Origin: Camelus ferus
Taxonomy: Eukaryota
NCBI RefSeq assembly: GCF_009834535.1
Contig: NC_045696.1
Span: 53,632,001-53,696,000, forward strand
Direction: 5' to 3'
DNA length: 64,000 nt
Below the pieces are notes generated by a model. That model had not been told where the DNA came from. It was given only the letters and a program-made list of their open reading frames with translations, and did not search any database. This document shows, piece by piece, positions 52,755 through 64,000 of the stretch. The number at the start of each line of letters is the position of its first letter. Position 1 is the stretch's first letter. The position numbers were made by a program, and so were the translations under genes.

Positions 52755-52905
52755 TTTTTTGTTTGTTTGTTTTTGTTTATTTTGGGGGGGAGGTGATTAG
52801 GTTTATCTATTTATGTTTAGATGAGGTACTGGGGATTGAACACAGGACCTCATGCATGCTAAGAATGTGCTCTACCACTTGAGCTATACCCTCCCCCCAA
52901 CCCCA
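52755..52905 (-). mobile_element. tRNA-derived SINE (camelid Vic-1-like), long form
   Basis: Reverse strand reads GGGGGGAGGGTATAGCTCAAGTGGTAGAGC...GTTCAATCCCCAGTACCTC...A tail; perfect 13-bp TSD TCAAGGACAATTA at 52742-52754 and 52906-52918. Confidence 0.95.
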
Positions 52906-53419
52906 TCAAGGACAATTAGATGCCTTTGAGCTATGGGTAACTCATCAACTCAAGTCGAATATAAGAAATATAGGATCCAAAGCTGTCTCTCCTCTATCAC
53001 AGTTGTCCCATATGCCTGCTCCTTTTTCAGAGTGGGAAGTGTTATCATTTCTTCCATATTCCAGGGTACATTTCTCAGAATAATCATCCACTCATTTGCC
53101 ATTGAGCAAGAATGGCTCACTGAGTCATCATCGAAGTCCCACCTCCTCTTTCCCCAACCCCCCCCCCCCAATCTCTCCCTTTTCTAGCCCCACTCTGATG
53201 GCCTTGGTCCAGCTCAAAAAAGGATTTCTTCAAAGGTTATAAAGTGCTTTTGGGTACCTTGTCACTTAGATGAGTCTATGCCTTCAGCACAGACATGCAG
53301 ATGACTTTTATCCATGCCAACCAAATTCCAGATATGGGGTGTCGCAAACTCAGCTTAAACAGGAAGCAAGTTGAAAAAAAAGAAAATTTACCAGCTACAG
53401 CTCACATGGATCAGATGCT

Positions 53420-53950
53420 AGAGCATCATGGCCTTTGAAATTGCCTCAACCTAAAGACGTTTCCAGATCACCTCTCATCACCACTGACTTCCAAACTCCT
53501 TCACAAGCCACGGGAGGATCTCTAAAAGCTACACAGTTCTTTAGCTACAATTCTTGCCACTGCCTCAGGTATACACGTTGCTTTAGTCACACCAAACCGC
53601 TTGCCTTGAACACAGCATGCCTCCTCGTAGGTTCATGAATTTGTACATCCTGCTGTTAAGAAAAACTCCTTTTCCCGAATCTACTTCCTCAATTCATTCT
53701 GTGAGACTCTGTTCCTGTGTCTCCACCTCTGGGAAAACCTTTCAGCTCTCCTCAGACATTGTCAGGGTCCCTTCTTCTCTGCCTTTGCAACACCCGAATT
53801 CCCATCTTTTCTCACACAGAGTTCATTGTCCTACTGCTTATATGTCTCTCATAAAAGGCTGAGAGCTACTAGAAGGGTTCGAAGTTTGCACTTTTTCTTT
53901 ATATACATTATGTGATGCTCAGTGTTACTAAAGAAAAAAAAAAAAAAGAA
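53420..53950 (+). mobile_element. LINE-2 remnant
   Basis: L2-like pyrimidine-rich body ending ggctgagagctactagaaggg...gatgctcagtg. Confidence 0.5.
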
Positions 53951-55084
53951 GGAATGAAACAAGGAATGAAATTCTCCTTTCAGGATTCCCCAATGATCCT
54001 ACAAATCATTCTGACTTGAATAGATTTACAACTTGCCCCGACACATATAAACAGAGCCAATGTGTTCCTGCAACTAGTCTGATTGCCTGACTGCTTCACA
54101 GAAGGGAGAGACAATGTGTCAGACGGCCAAAACACAGGATTGGGGAGGACCTTCAGATGGATTTAGCCCAACCTTCATCAGGACAAAGAGGAAGGAAGTT
54201 CCTAGCCTCTCTAAGCCTTGTAAGTAGCACTTAATGCCTATTTAAGTCTTTGGTTTTACTGCCGTGGGGAGATGGGAAGAAGAGCAAGTCCAAAGCCTCC
54301 CCTGGCTGGTGGTGTTTATCTCAATTTTAGGAAAGCAGATAAACTATTTGTTGCAGTAAATGGAAAAAGACAGCAGTAAATTAAGCTTGAAAAATGAAAA
54401 AAAAATGGCTGAAGTGATCAAACTGAATGGCGACTGATATTTCTCCTTGTGATGTGTGTCTAAAGCTTGATGAAGAAAAAAAAAGCGGGTCTGAAAACAC
54501 TTTGCTTAGCTATTAAACACTGGCAGCATTTTTCTCCTTCCTCTCATTACAGCAGTAAATTACAGCAAGGTGGGAGCCCATTCTCAGCCTCACAGAACTG
54601 GCTTCCTGCTACCACCCCCAGTCACAGCCACCCCAATTAGTTACCAGCTGAATGACGACGCAACCACAGATTTAGATTAAAAAGCAGTTTTCATCTCAAG
54701 ATTAATTCACAGCAAGAAACGTTCCGCCCCTCACCCCATGACCTTTCCGAATGCCATTGCTACACAAACAATAACACAGGATGGTATCGACTCTTGGCAT
54801 TCATTGTATTCTGGATGTCAGAGCAAAACTTGGGGGAAGGTGAGGTCAGAGGTGGGGTGGCAATGTTCTTTCCAATTTTCAGTACTGCTCTAGGTCTTCA
54901 ACCAGTGCATATGAGCATTGCAACATTGTGCTTTGTGGATGCAGGAAGAATTGAGTAGGTACAGAGAGTACAGAAGAGGAATGCTGGAAAAGGAAGATGA
55001 ACCTTTCAAAGTGTGTTTAAATGGTACCCACTCAAGAATAGAAACCTGAATGACTATATGTGATACAAGATCACAGAGTCAGGG

Positions 55085-55300
55085 TAAAAAGGTTGTGAGT
55101 TCCAGCTTTCCAACTTTCTGATATATGACCCTGAGAAAGTCATTTAACTTCTCTGATGCTACTATTTTCCCATACATAAAATAAAGGTAAGTACACCTCT
55201 TCTGTCTTCCATAGAAGGCTATTATGAGGATTAAATGAGAATATACACACTCCTAGCACATTTAAACTATAAAAAGCTGTGCAAATGTCAAGAATTTTCA
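55085..55300 (+). mobile_element. MIR SINE
   Basis: tgaccctgagaaagtcatttaacttctctg...tgaggattaaatgagaata. Confidence 0.8.
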
Positions 55301-55339
55301 TGATCCTTCTCCAAATGCCTCACCACCTACTACTGCTTG

Positions 55340-55520
55340 GACAGTTACAGTTGGAGGAAACTTCAGAAACCATCTAGCAACACACACCAATGCATGGTCC
55401 CCCCTCTAACAGAGATGAGCCACGGATATCAGCCTCTGTATAGGTCCTGCCAGGGATGGGTAATTCACTACCTTGTGAAACAGCACTCCCATTATTAGAC
55501 ACTCTGACTGCTGGAGAGTG
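55340..55520 (-). mobile_element. L3/CR1 3' fragment
   Basis: ccagggatgggtaattcactacc...attattagacactctgactgctggagag. Confidence 0.6.
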
Positions 55521-55619
55521 GCTTGACGCAATTTAATTTGTTAAGAAATGCTTTCATTTTCTTACACTTACCATACACCAGGAAAGAACTCTACTAAGCA
55601 ATTTACCAAATGGATCTAA

Positions 55620-55770
55620 CACAGTCCCCTTAGCAATCCTAGTAAAGCATATTATTTCCACTATTTTATATATGAAGAAACTGAGGCTTGGTGACTTAAA
55701 GTCCTTCACCTGAGAACACACATTAGTGAGTGCTGAGACATGATCTGGGTAGGCTTTTTGGATTGTGACA
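55620..55770 (-). mobile_element. MIR fragment
   Basis: attttatatatgaagaaactgaggcttgg...cacattagtgagtgctgag. Confidence 0.7.
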
Positions 55771-56766
55771 AGTTCAAAGACAGAAATAATGCTGTACCTC
55801 TGGGGTCTCATGAGATGTTAGGAGACGCACATAGCTGTTTCTTCCTTCTCCCTGTCCCTCTTTGCAGTATGAGTTTAGGAAAATATGCCTGTGTTTTCTC
55901 TCCTCCCTTATAAACTGAGAGAAATAATACTTTCTAGGAGTCACAGAGGGATGCCAGAGCAAATTAATGAGTTAATATTCGTAAGCACCACTGTGACTCT
56001 TTAATAAAATAATGCCCTAACTGGGAGCCAAGTATTCCATTGCCTGAGCGGGTAGGCAGATAGCTCAGTAGTAACACTATAGCCTGGTTTTAAGATTCGT
56101 TTTAATAATAGCATTGTATTGGGTTAACAGAGAACAGAGCACCCCACAGGAACAAAATGAAAGCAATTAGTTAACATAGATCTTAGGAAAACTGAAATAA
56201 TAGAACCACAGGATACTGTGTGATTTGTGTTGTTCACAGGCTCCATGGATGCTTAAACCATAGATGGCTTTTCAGACCTGTCAATACCTCCAGTTGGATA
56301 CTAACCTGGGAGACGGTACAGGGGGAGGGACGCATGGAATCACATGTGCTGCTTGACCTTTCAGTGCAGACGACACCAAATCCTTCTACCCTACTCTAGC
56401 TCCCCAGCTTCCTACAGGCCTTTGAAGATGCCATGAGGTCAGCCCATCACAGTCACAGAGCCAGTGGGCTAAAAAAAGTATGGAAAACTGGGACATGATC
56501 TATATTCAAGAAGAGGACTTGCATTTCATGTCAAACTGAGATTAGACTGTTTTCTAGCTTTTAACATCCAGGTGGAAAGAAGCCATTGTTGTATCATTTC
56601 CTTTCTCCCAGTTAGCCTTAAAACTCAGAACTCTTGTCTGACCATTTAAACAATGACAAAACTAGGGGGATTGCCTCATCCAAGTTCACCATGATTCCTG
56701 GTATTTTTCTGTTCAATTATCCTTAAAGTCAAGTATAGAAAAATCATTCTAAGGCTATGTCTTCCA

Positions 56767-56870
56767 GGGGGTGGGTATAGCTCAATTGTAGAGCACATGC
56801 TTTGCACGCCTGACAAGGTCCTGGGTTCAATCCCCAGTACCTCCATTAATAGAAATAAATAAATAAAAGC
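56767..56870 (+). mobile_element. tRNA-derived SINE (camelid Vic-1-like), short form
   Basis: GGGGGTGGGTATAGCTCAATTGTAGAGC...GGTTCAATCCCCAGTACCTCC; TSD ctaaggctatgtcttcc (56749-56765) / ctaaagccatgtcttcc (56871-56887). Confidence 0.92.
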
Positions 56871-59800
56871 CTAAAGCCATGTCTTCCTTGATTCAGAAAA
56901 GCTTAGAATTAAGCGAAATCTATTTGGACAAAATACCACCAAAGCAATTCAGGCTTCATATTCAGGTCTGACTCTCCCCTTTTGCTTTCCCCTCAAATTC
57001 TCTGAAATATTCAAGGCATGATAAATGTCATCGTCATTATTAGGAGGAAGAGGAGGAGAAAGAGAAATAGAAGAGTGTAGTATCACTATTAGGATCACCA
57101 TCACCATCACCCACTACGGGTTAGATAAGGAATAGTTACCATAATAAGGCTTGAGGCACAGGGAAAATGGAGACAGTTAAGTAAGAATACGAAAAATGTG
57201 GAAAATACCTTGTCTTTCAGTGCTTTTTAAATTTTATACCTTTCTTGATATTATTTAGAATCCTGGATATTAAAACTTGGATGAAATATAAAACAGAACG
57301 GAATCAACAATGCCAAAAAACTTTTTAAAGGCACAGAAAGTACACGTTCTTTCAGATTAGAATCAAGAAGCTTGTTAGGCATCTGTTGTATGCCCAGCAA
57401 ATAGTACAGACCATAAACATTTAGATTTGTAGAAACAAGCATGAGGCTACAAATACATTTTTTAATGGACTAGGAAAGAAAAGCATTAATTTATAATGTT
57501 TTATTTATAAAAGAAATTAAAAGTAAATATGACAGTGTTAACATTTATTAATTCTGCTTGGTGTTGGAAATCTGTGATATAAAAATGCCAATATCTCATA
57601 CCTAACTAGTGATATAGAACTAGGGTTCAGCTGGAAATTAGGATGAGATACGTACTTTGGAGAAATCTTTCCATTCCCTATTATCCTAATTTATCTACTA
57701 ATATGGTACTCACCAGTGTACAATTTCTAGGATTTTCAAGCCAATGAAATGGCTGTTTATAATTCAAAGTCACATATTTTGCCTATTCTTGAATTTAATC
57801 AAACCCACACACAATAGTCACATAATTCTATGACTTTCCTAAGATCTGAACACTTTTCAGTCTAGTATCTTTGACTTGTTTTTTCTAATGGACAATTGTG
57901 AAGAGGTAATGGCCTTTCTCATTAAGCCCGTTAACAAAAGACCATAAGGTTTATCAGTCTTCCTTTATTTTATGCATTTTTCTTTTGATACATTATCTTC
58001 AAAGTTTCTACATATGAGGGTATAACAAAGCATTGATCAAAAGAATTTGAGAAAAATAAAAGTAGAAAGAGTAATCCTATTTTTCTGTGCTTGAAATTAA
58101 GAGAACTGAATTCTATCCCTGATTCATTCACTTCCTTGCTTGAGTGACTGTGGACAATTAACTTTATTTATTTAGGCTGGAGTTTTACTGTCTGTTACGA
58201 TGAAGCTGCTGGATTAAAATCTTGCTAGAAATTTTTTCAACTCTGATATAATTTGATTTCCATGATATTCTAATTATGCTTATTTGAACAATCAGAGAGA
58301 AAGTCTAGATTTCAAGACAAGTGTTAGCCTCAGAAAACACTATTTCCGAGGGCTTCGTTTGGCCTTCTGAACCAGATAAAACAAGTTAACTAGCTCCACT
58401 TAACTACACGACCAATTTTTTGAGGTGAGAAGTCATATTTTCTATGTCCCGCACCAGAGCTTAGCTTAGACTTTCCATAGAGTAAGCACTAGTTAAAAGA
58501 AAAAAAGGAAAACTTAATATTGATATATCCCTTTAAAGCTTATAAAGCATCTATGAGTTTCATCATTTAATCCTCCAGCAATATTACAAAGTAGATAATA
58601 CTTTACATATTTTTCATTTGGGAAAACGTAGGTTCCCAAAAGTCACGACTTCCTTAAAGTCCCATAGTTACCAATGGAATTTAAGGTCCAGATTTTTTTT
58701 TTTTTTTTTTTGGATGGTTGGATGGATGGGTATAACAAGACACTTTGTTAGGGCTAAAGTTTTTCTGTAACTATTCAAAGGCAATTTCCTGTCGTATGAA
58801 AGAAAGAACACACAGAAGGATGAGAGACTCTCTAACATCTATCACTTAAAGAGAGTCCAGCCTTGAAACTAATAGCTTGAAGTCTAAGCTAAGTAAGTCA
58901 AAGGAAGTAATGGAGAGCATCAAATTCATAAATCTCATCTTTTTATTATTTTTTTGCGATGGTTTCACAGACTTTAGTAAGAACAGTGGCATCAAAATTA
59001 AGTAATGTGATACAAGTGACCCTTATAGAAAGGAACCCTTCACTTGGCCTCTAAAATCCACTGTGAATTTCTAATAGTAATAAATATCAGTGCCAACATT
59101 ATCTCGTTAACCTTTTTAAAATTTACTGTCTGTACTATATGCATGTACTACGTATGTACTATAATACAATTTCAAAAGAAAACACATTGAGTCTATTATC
59201 GCTCATTTTAAATTTGAATTTCTCTTATATTATTTTCCCAAAGTAATCAGAAGTATCAGGTTCCTCCCAATCTTTCCAAACTTAACTAAAGACTCTCAGG
59301 ACACATCTACCAAGGGCTATTCTATAACCAGAGACCCCAACAAGACAGATTGTTTGTAGGCAAAAATAATTTTTAAGGTAAATTAGAAGACCACAAATGA
59401 TGCTTATTTAGTAAAACCAGTAAGCCCTACCATTGACTGGCTTTGCAGCACCTAAGTTGATGCCTTGTTATTGGTAAGTTATCTCTTTTAACCAAGATGA
59501 ACTATATATGTTGTAAATGTTATGTCAAAAATATGAAAAAAGAATGCCACTGGTTCATTTTTCAATAAATTAACATGTGCATGGAGCCCATTAAAGTCTA
59601 CACATTTCCCAAAACTTATATTAGATCCTATGGTGTGTACAAGAGAACAAGATACTGTACAATGCTTCAAGAGTTAATTTTTAGAGGGAAATACAGGCTA
59701 CGTGGCCTGACAGGTTAATTCTGATTATCCTTACCCTGCCTTTCCAGATGTTGATTCTGTGGTCCATCACCTAATGACCAACCACCCCCTATGCAGTAAC

Positions 59801-60533
59801 TAAAAACTTACTTCTCATTTACAAATTTCCAATTACTCTGCATTCCAGCCATTTTCTCACCATCTGAATTTCTCTACTTCTACACACAGATGTTGGAGGC
59901 CAGCCATTCTGAGCTCCTTTATGCACATTTCATGGTGTTTCCTCGTGGATAGCCACCATTATTTTCCTGAGCTCCCTACACTCACATTTGGCTCTTAGCA
60001 GTCTCAGACCTTTATAGCTCCCTGTGTTTATTTACATACCCATTTTCTCACTTTCTTTTTTTACCTAGAAGGCCATTTTCCATCCATGCTTCACCAACCC
60101 TTCAGGTGTAATTGAGGCTTATCCTTCCCCATTTGAAGAAAAACATGTCAAACCTTTTTTTTTTTTTTTTAATTCCAAAACGTCTTTCCCTTCTTTAAAC
60201 TCCTATTAAAATTTAAGTCAATATCACATTGTCTGGAATGGGTTTTTTTCTTTAATTTTTTTTAAAGCACATTAGCAGTTTGCTTCTCCAATCAGGTTGG
60301 CATTTGTAGTGAGGAATAAGAGTTTAAGAGCACTATTGGGTGGACCTGAAAAGGAGCAAGGCTGAAGTGGAGGTATCAGAGGTGAAGCCATGGGTTGTTA
60401 TACAAAGATCTAGGAAAGCTGGGCTAGATGTGCTGGCACCTGTATGGTGGCTCAATAACCATTTAAAAGGTGGAATGGCTTTGGACTAAACTTATACAGA
60501 GACTCAAAATTCTAAGTTCAATCTATAGAAACA

Positions 60534-61015
60534 GTGTAAGTATGGTCAGGAAAACAGAACCCAAGGTGGCGAGTCCATTAAAAAGGATTTAATCCAGGGA
60601 AGAAGTTACAGTGATGATGGAAGAGCTGAAAACTAAACAGAGAATGATAAAGTAAATCAGGAATTCGCAATGGCAAAAAGACTGCTATCTCTAGAATCCA
60701 AGGAGAAGTTGTTACTATGGGCCTGGGCATCCGGCCACTCAGCAGGATGTGAAATCACAGCAGAGGCTGCCCTGTGACAGCTGGGACTATGGAAGAAACA
60801 CAGAAGCACACAAAGATGAGAAAAATAGCCTGGATCATTTGCTGTCATTGCCAGTCTCCTACCAGCGCCTCCTACTGGTTAAACATAGCAGAAGCCGGTT
60901 GACAACAGAACCAGGAAAATGTAAGTCGTAGGGTAAGGGACCCGTGATACAGAGCAGAGCGGCGGGGAAGTATGGGGAATGAACCTGAGACAAAACAAGC
61001 AAGTGATTTATATAC
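60534..61015 (-). mobile_element. Old ERVL solo LTR (LTR33/LTR41 group)
   Basis: Reverse strand: ..tgtctcaggttc..ctctgctctgt..ggcttctgctatgtttaaccagtaggaggcgctggtaggagactg; ATTAAA then ttctgttttcctgacc at the 3' end. Confidence 0.6.
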
Positions 61016-62509
61016 TATCTATCTATCTATCTGCTATAAATACAAACATACACATATACGCACTACAACTTTGAAATACAGTCAGGGTAGAGTCTGCAAA
61101 GGACTGTAACATCTTGAATTGCAAAGCTTGGTGAATGTCACTATTAAATTCCAATAACAAACTCTACAAAATATTTTTATGTGCATATGCATAATTCTTT
61201 ACAACCCGGAAAGGATTTTATAGCTATCCTCCTTGAGAAAATAAATCCTAAGTTTGAAGTATGTAATGAAACTATCTCTACACATTGCTCAATTAGGGGC
61301 TCTGAGGAAAAAAAAAAGAAGTTGAATTCGACGTTTATTACTCACTACGCTGCCTCTTCCCCAGTGGTCACCTCATCCACACTGATACCTAGCATTCTTC
61401 TAAGCTATCCCTTATTCTTGGTTATAAATTATTGTCTACTATTTTACTGACTCACTTCAAGCAAATTCTGCTTCAAGAACATTCTCCCCTCACTTTCCAA
61501 CGTAAAGGGAAAGGCAAGTGAACTTCATTAAATGCAATCATCCTGTGTACTTTACCTCTGGTTCAGTATTTGATTTTGTGCACCTTAGACTAGAAGTGAA
61601 AGTGATTGTGTCATTTTTGACATATTCACAGTTTTCTGGCACAATCCAAAGACTAATAATAATGCTATTTAGAAAAATAGTAGTATTTCTGGTAAAATTG
61701 CTCATAAAATATATGAACCTTCACTGAAATGTATTATTCAATATTTCCCTGCTATTACATAGTGGGACAGGGAAACAGTATTGAAAACATTTCCATTAGA
61801 GTCCTTCTTTCTTCTGGAAAAGCTTGTTCTAAAGGAAAATTCACATCTCCATGATTCTCATTGGTCACTGCCGGCCTACCAGCCATTCCTTCCTGCTCAA
61901 GCGTTGCCTACCACACAGCTCACCGAAGAGGGCTGTCAAGGTTTGGGTCATTAAACTGCAATAGATGCCAATAACGTAGCACTTGAGACAAATGAAAACA
62001 GCAATACCTGTTATAACCAAATCCACTTTTCAGTTATCACTGCAGAATGAAATACTCAAAACGCCGAGCGACGCACGGCTGTTTGTTAGGAACAGCGATG
62101 TAAGTATAAATAAGCGGCATCAGAAGAGAATTAAAGATGGTAAGTCTGACCTCTTTAGTAAAATTTCTAGGTCACGGGAACAAATATGCAGCACATTAGC
62201 TAAAACAAAAACGTGGAACTGTAGGCAAAGGCATGCTGCCTAAGGTATAATAGCACCTAAAATTTTTCCAGCTACAGCTTTAATCTTTGAAAACCTACTT
62301 CAGAGATAATTCTACATAACATGAAATATTTTTATATGTACATATTCTCAGTGATTGCTGAAACAGGAACATGGTCTATAGTGTGGATTTATTAACTAAA
62401 TCCAAGAAATTATGATATTATGTAATTATATTTAATGTTAAGAAAAGAACCTCTAACCACATTAGAACTAAAGCTGTTTTTCAAATACTTCAGCATTCAA
62501 AAGATGAAA

Positions 62510-62720
62510 TTAGCAAGCACTTAAGGAGCTATTATGAGCCAGGCATATTTCTATGTATGTTGATATATTGATGACTTCTATTTCCAAAACAACTCTGAAT
62601 TTTGCATCCCCATTTTAAAGATGAGGACACTGAAGGACAAAGATATTAAGGAACTTGTCCAAAGCTACACTGCTGGGTAGTGGTGAAACATATTCAGTTG
62701 CAGGCTTAAACACCACTACT
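62510..62720 (-). mobile_element. MIR SINE
   Basis: atgagccaggca...atccccattttaaagatgaggacactgagg-like core...aacttgtccaaagctacac. Confidence 0.8.
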
Positions 62721-64000
62721 TTGGGTTAGATATTTATAAAATTTTATTTACAGTCTCAAGACCATAGACATCAAAAATACCTAATTAATTCTGGAGACAT
62801 AAGAATTATTTAATCAAATGCACCTTTTTATAGTCAATTACTGTCTCCTAACACCTCCTTTTATAACTCATTGGGTTCCCCCCAAATGTCCTTTCCTCTC
62901 TTGGGTCTTGCCCATGAGGTTTTCTATCTAGTGTGATTCTAAACTACCTTCATCAAATTTCTATCCATTGTCCAATCCTGGCTCACAAGCAATCATTTCA
63001 TAAAGTTTTTTCTTATTTCCCAATTCAAAATATTATTTTTTCTTGCACCTATAATATTCTGCTTATTCCTTGTTTATATATTTGTGTATTGTACATTATT
63101 TTCATATATGGTCTTGTTTAGCTTCACCACTCTATTAAGGGCTACATGGGAACTACATCTTTATTTTGTTCATCTGTCTATTCTTGAGAGTGTTTAGCAT
63201 AGTTCCCAATTATAAAGAGATGTTTATTAAATGATTATTGAGTTGGACCTTCCTGATAAAAAGATGGTTTACAGCTAAGTTTATTTTTAATGTGCAATTT
63301 AATTGGTCTTACATAAAGAATAGAAATTATATTTGTTTACTAACTTGAAATAGTGTAAACCTTTGACAATTTTAGCTACTTTACTTTACTTAAAGGATAT
63401 TTAATATATATAGTGATATATTCCAATCTCAAGGCATCTTAGGTTTAGGAATTACCTAATTTCTATAGTTTTAGATTTGCCACTCAAGACTGTATTATTT
63501 TGGAGTTTAGTATTTGTTTATAAAATTAGATGCAAAAATATGGTAATATATTATAAAACTGAGATAATAATTACACAGGAGTCAGAAAATTCTGTTAGAG
63601 TTCTCAAAGCAACTATTTTTTTTGAAAACATACATATATAAAATTTGTTCTCATGTGGTATTAAAAATCTAACACAAAGGAAATTTGAGGTAGTGTTTGA
63701 ATGCAGTGAAATGCAGTGAAAAACCTAAACATGAAGAAATTTCACTATCTTAAATAGTTAAAACCATTTTAAAAGAGAAAACAAATTATGTAATTGATGA
63801 AAAGCCCATGTGAATACAGAATATCTTAAAGTTTCGATAATGCAAGGTGTTAATAACTGAGGAAAGCATTTCTAAGATATATAATTTGGGTCTTGCCTGA
63901 GACCCTCTAGCTATATTGTTGCTATAGCAATGCTACTAAAAGAAAATTAATGTTTGTAATTAGACCAAAGCTTTAATACCATAAATCCCACTACAGCTAT

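Noticed and set aside
281..63121. The many 60-157 aa ORFs in the track outside the L1
   Set aside because: No recognisable domains; many start at non-ATG codons, overlap decayed repeats or microsatellites, or are low-complexity, as expected by chance

Overview
AT-rich mammalian genomic DNA with no recognisable host protein-coding exon. It reads as intronic or intergenic sequence. Three tRNA-derived SINEs resembling camelid Vic-1 (GGGG.GGGTATAGCTCA...GGTTCAATCCCCAGTACCTC) and the style of the L1 3' end suggest a camelid genome (inference from recalled consensus sequences). The only protein homology I can recognise is a 5'-truncated, disabled LINE-1 (47823-50574, ORF2 RT to CCHC, 16-bp target-site duplication). 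The rest is mostly older repeats: L1 3' fragments with TSDs, L2, MIR, L3/CR1, MaLR/ERVL solo LTRs, Tigger/Charlie MITEs and microsatellites. Between them lie repeat-free blocks that look regulatory. The main observations are a poly(A)-only retrotransposition scar, an ATG supplied by the TSD in frame with the L1 RT fragment, templated-insertion scars, a candidate minus-strand first exon near 23 kb, several candidate plus-strand non-coding exons and CTCF-like motifs. I found no convincing evidence of a wholly new biological system. Repeat family names are from memory and the boundaries of old repeats are approximate.
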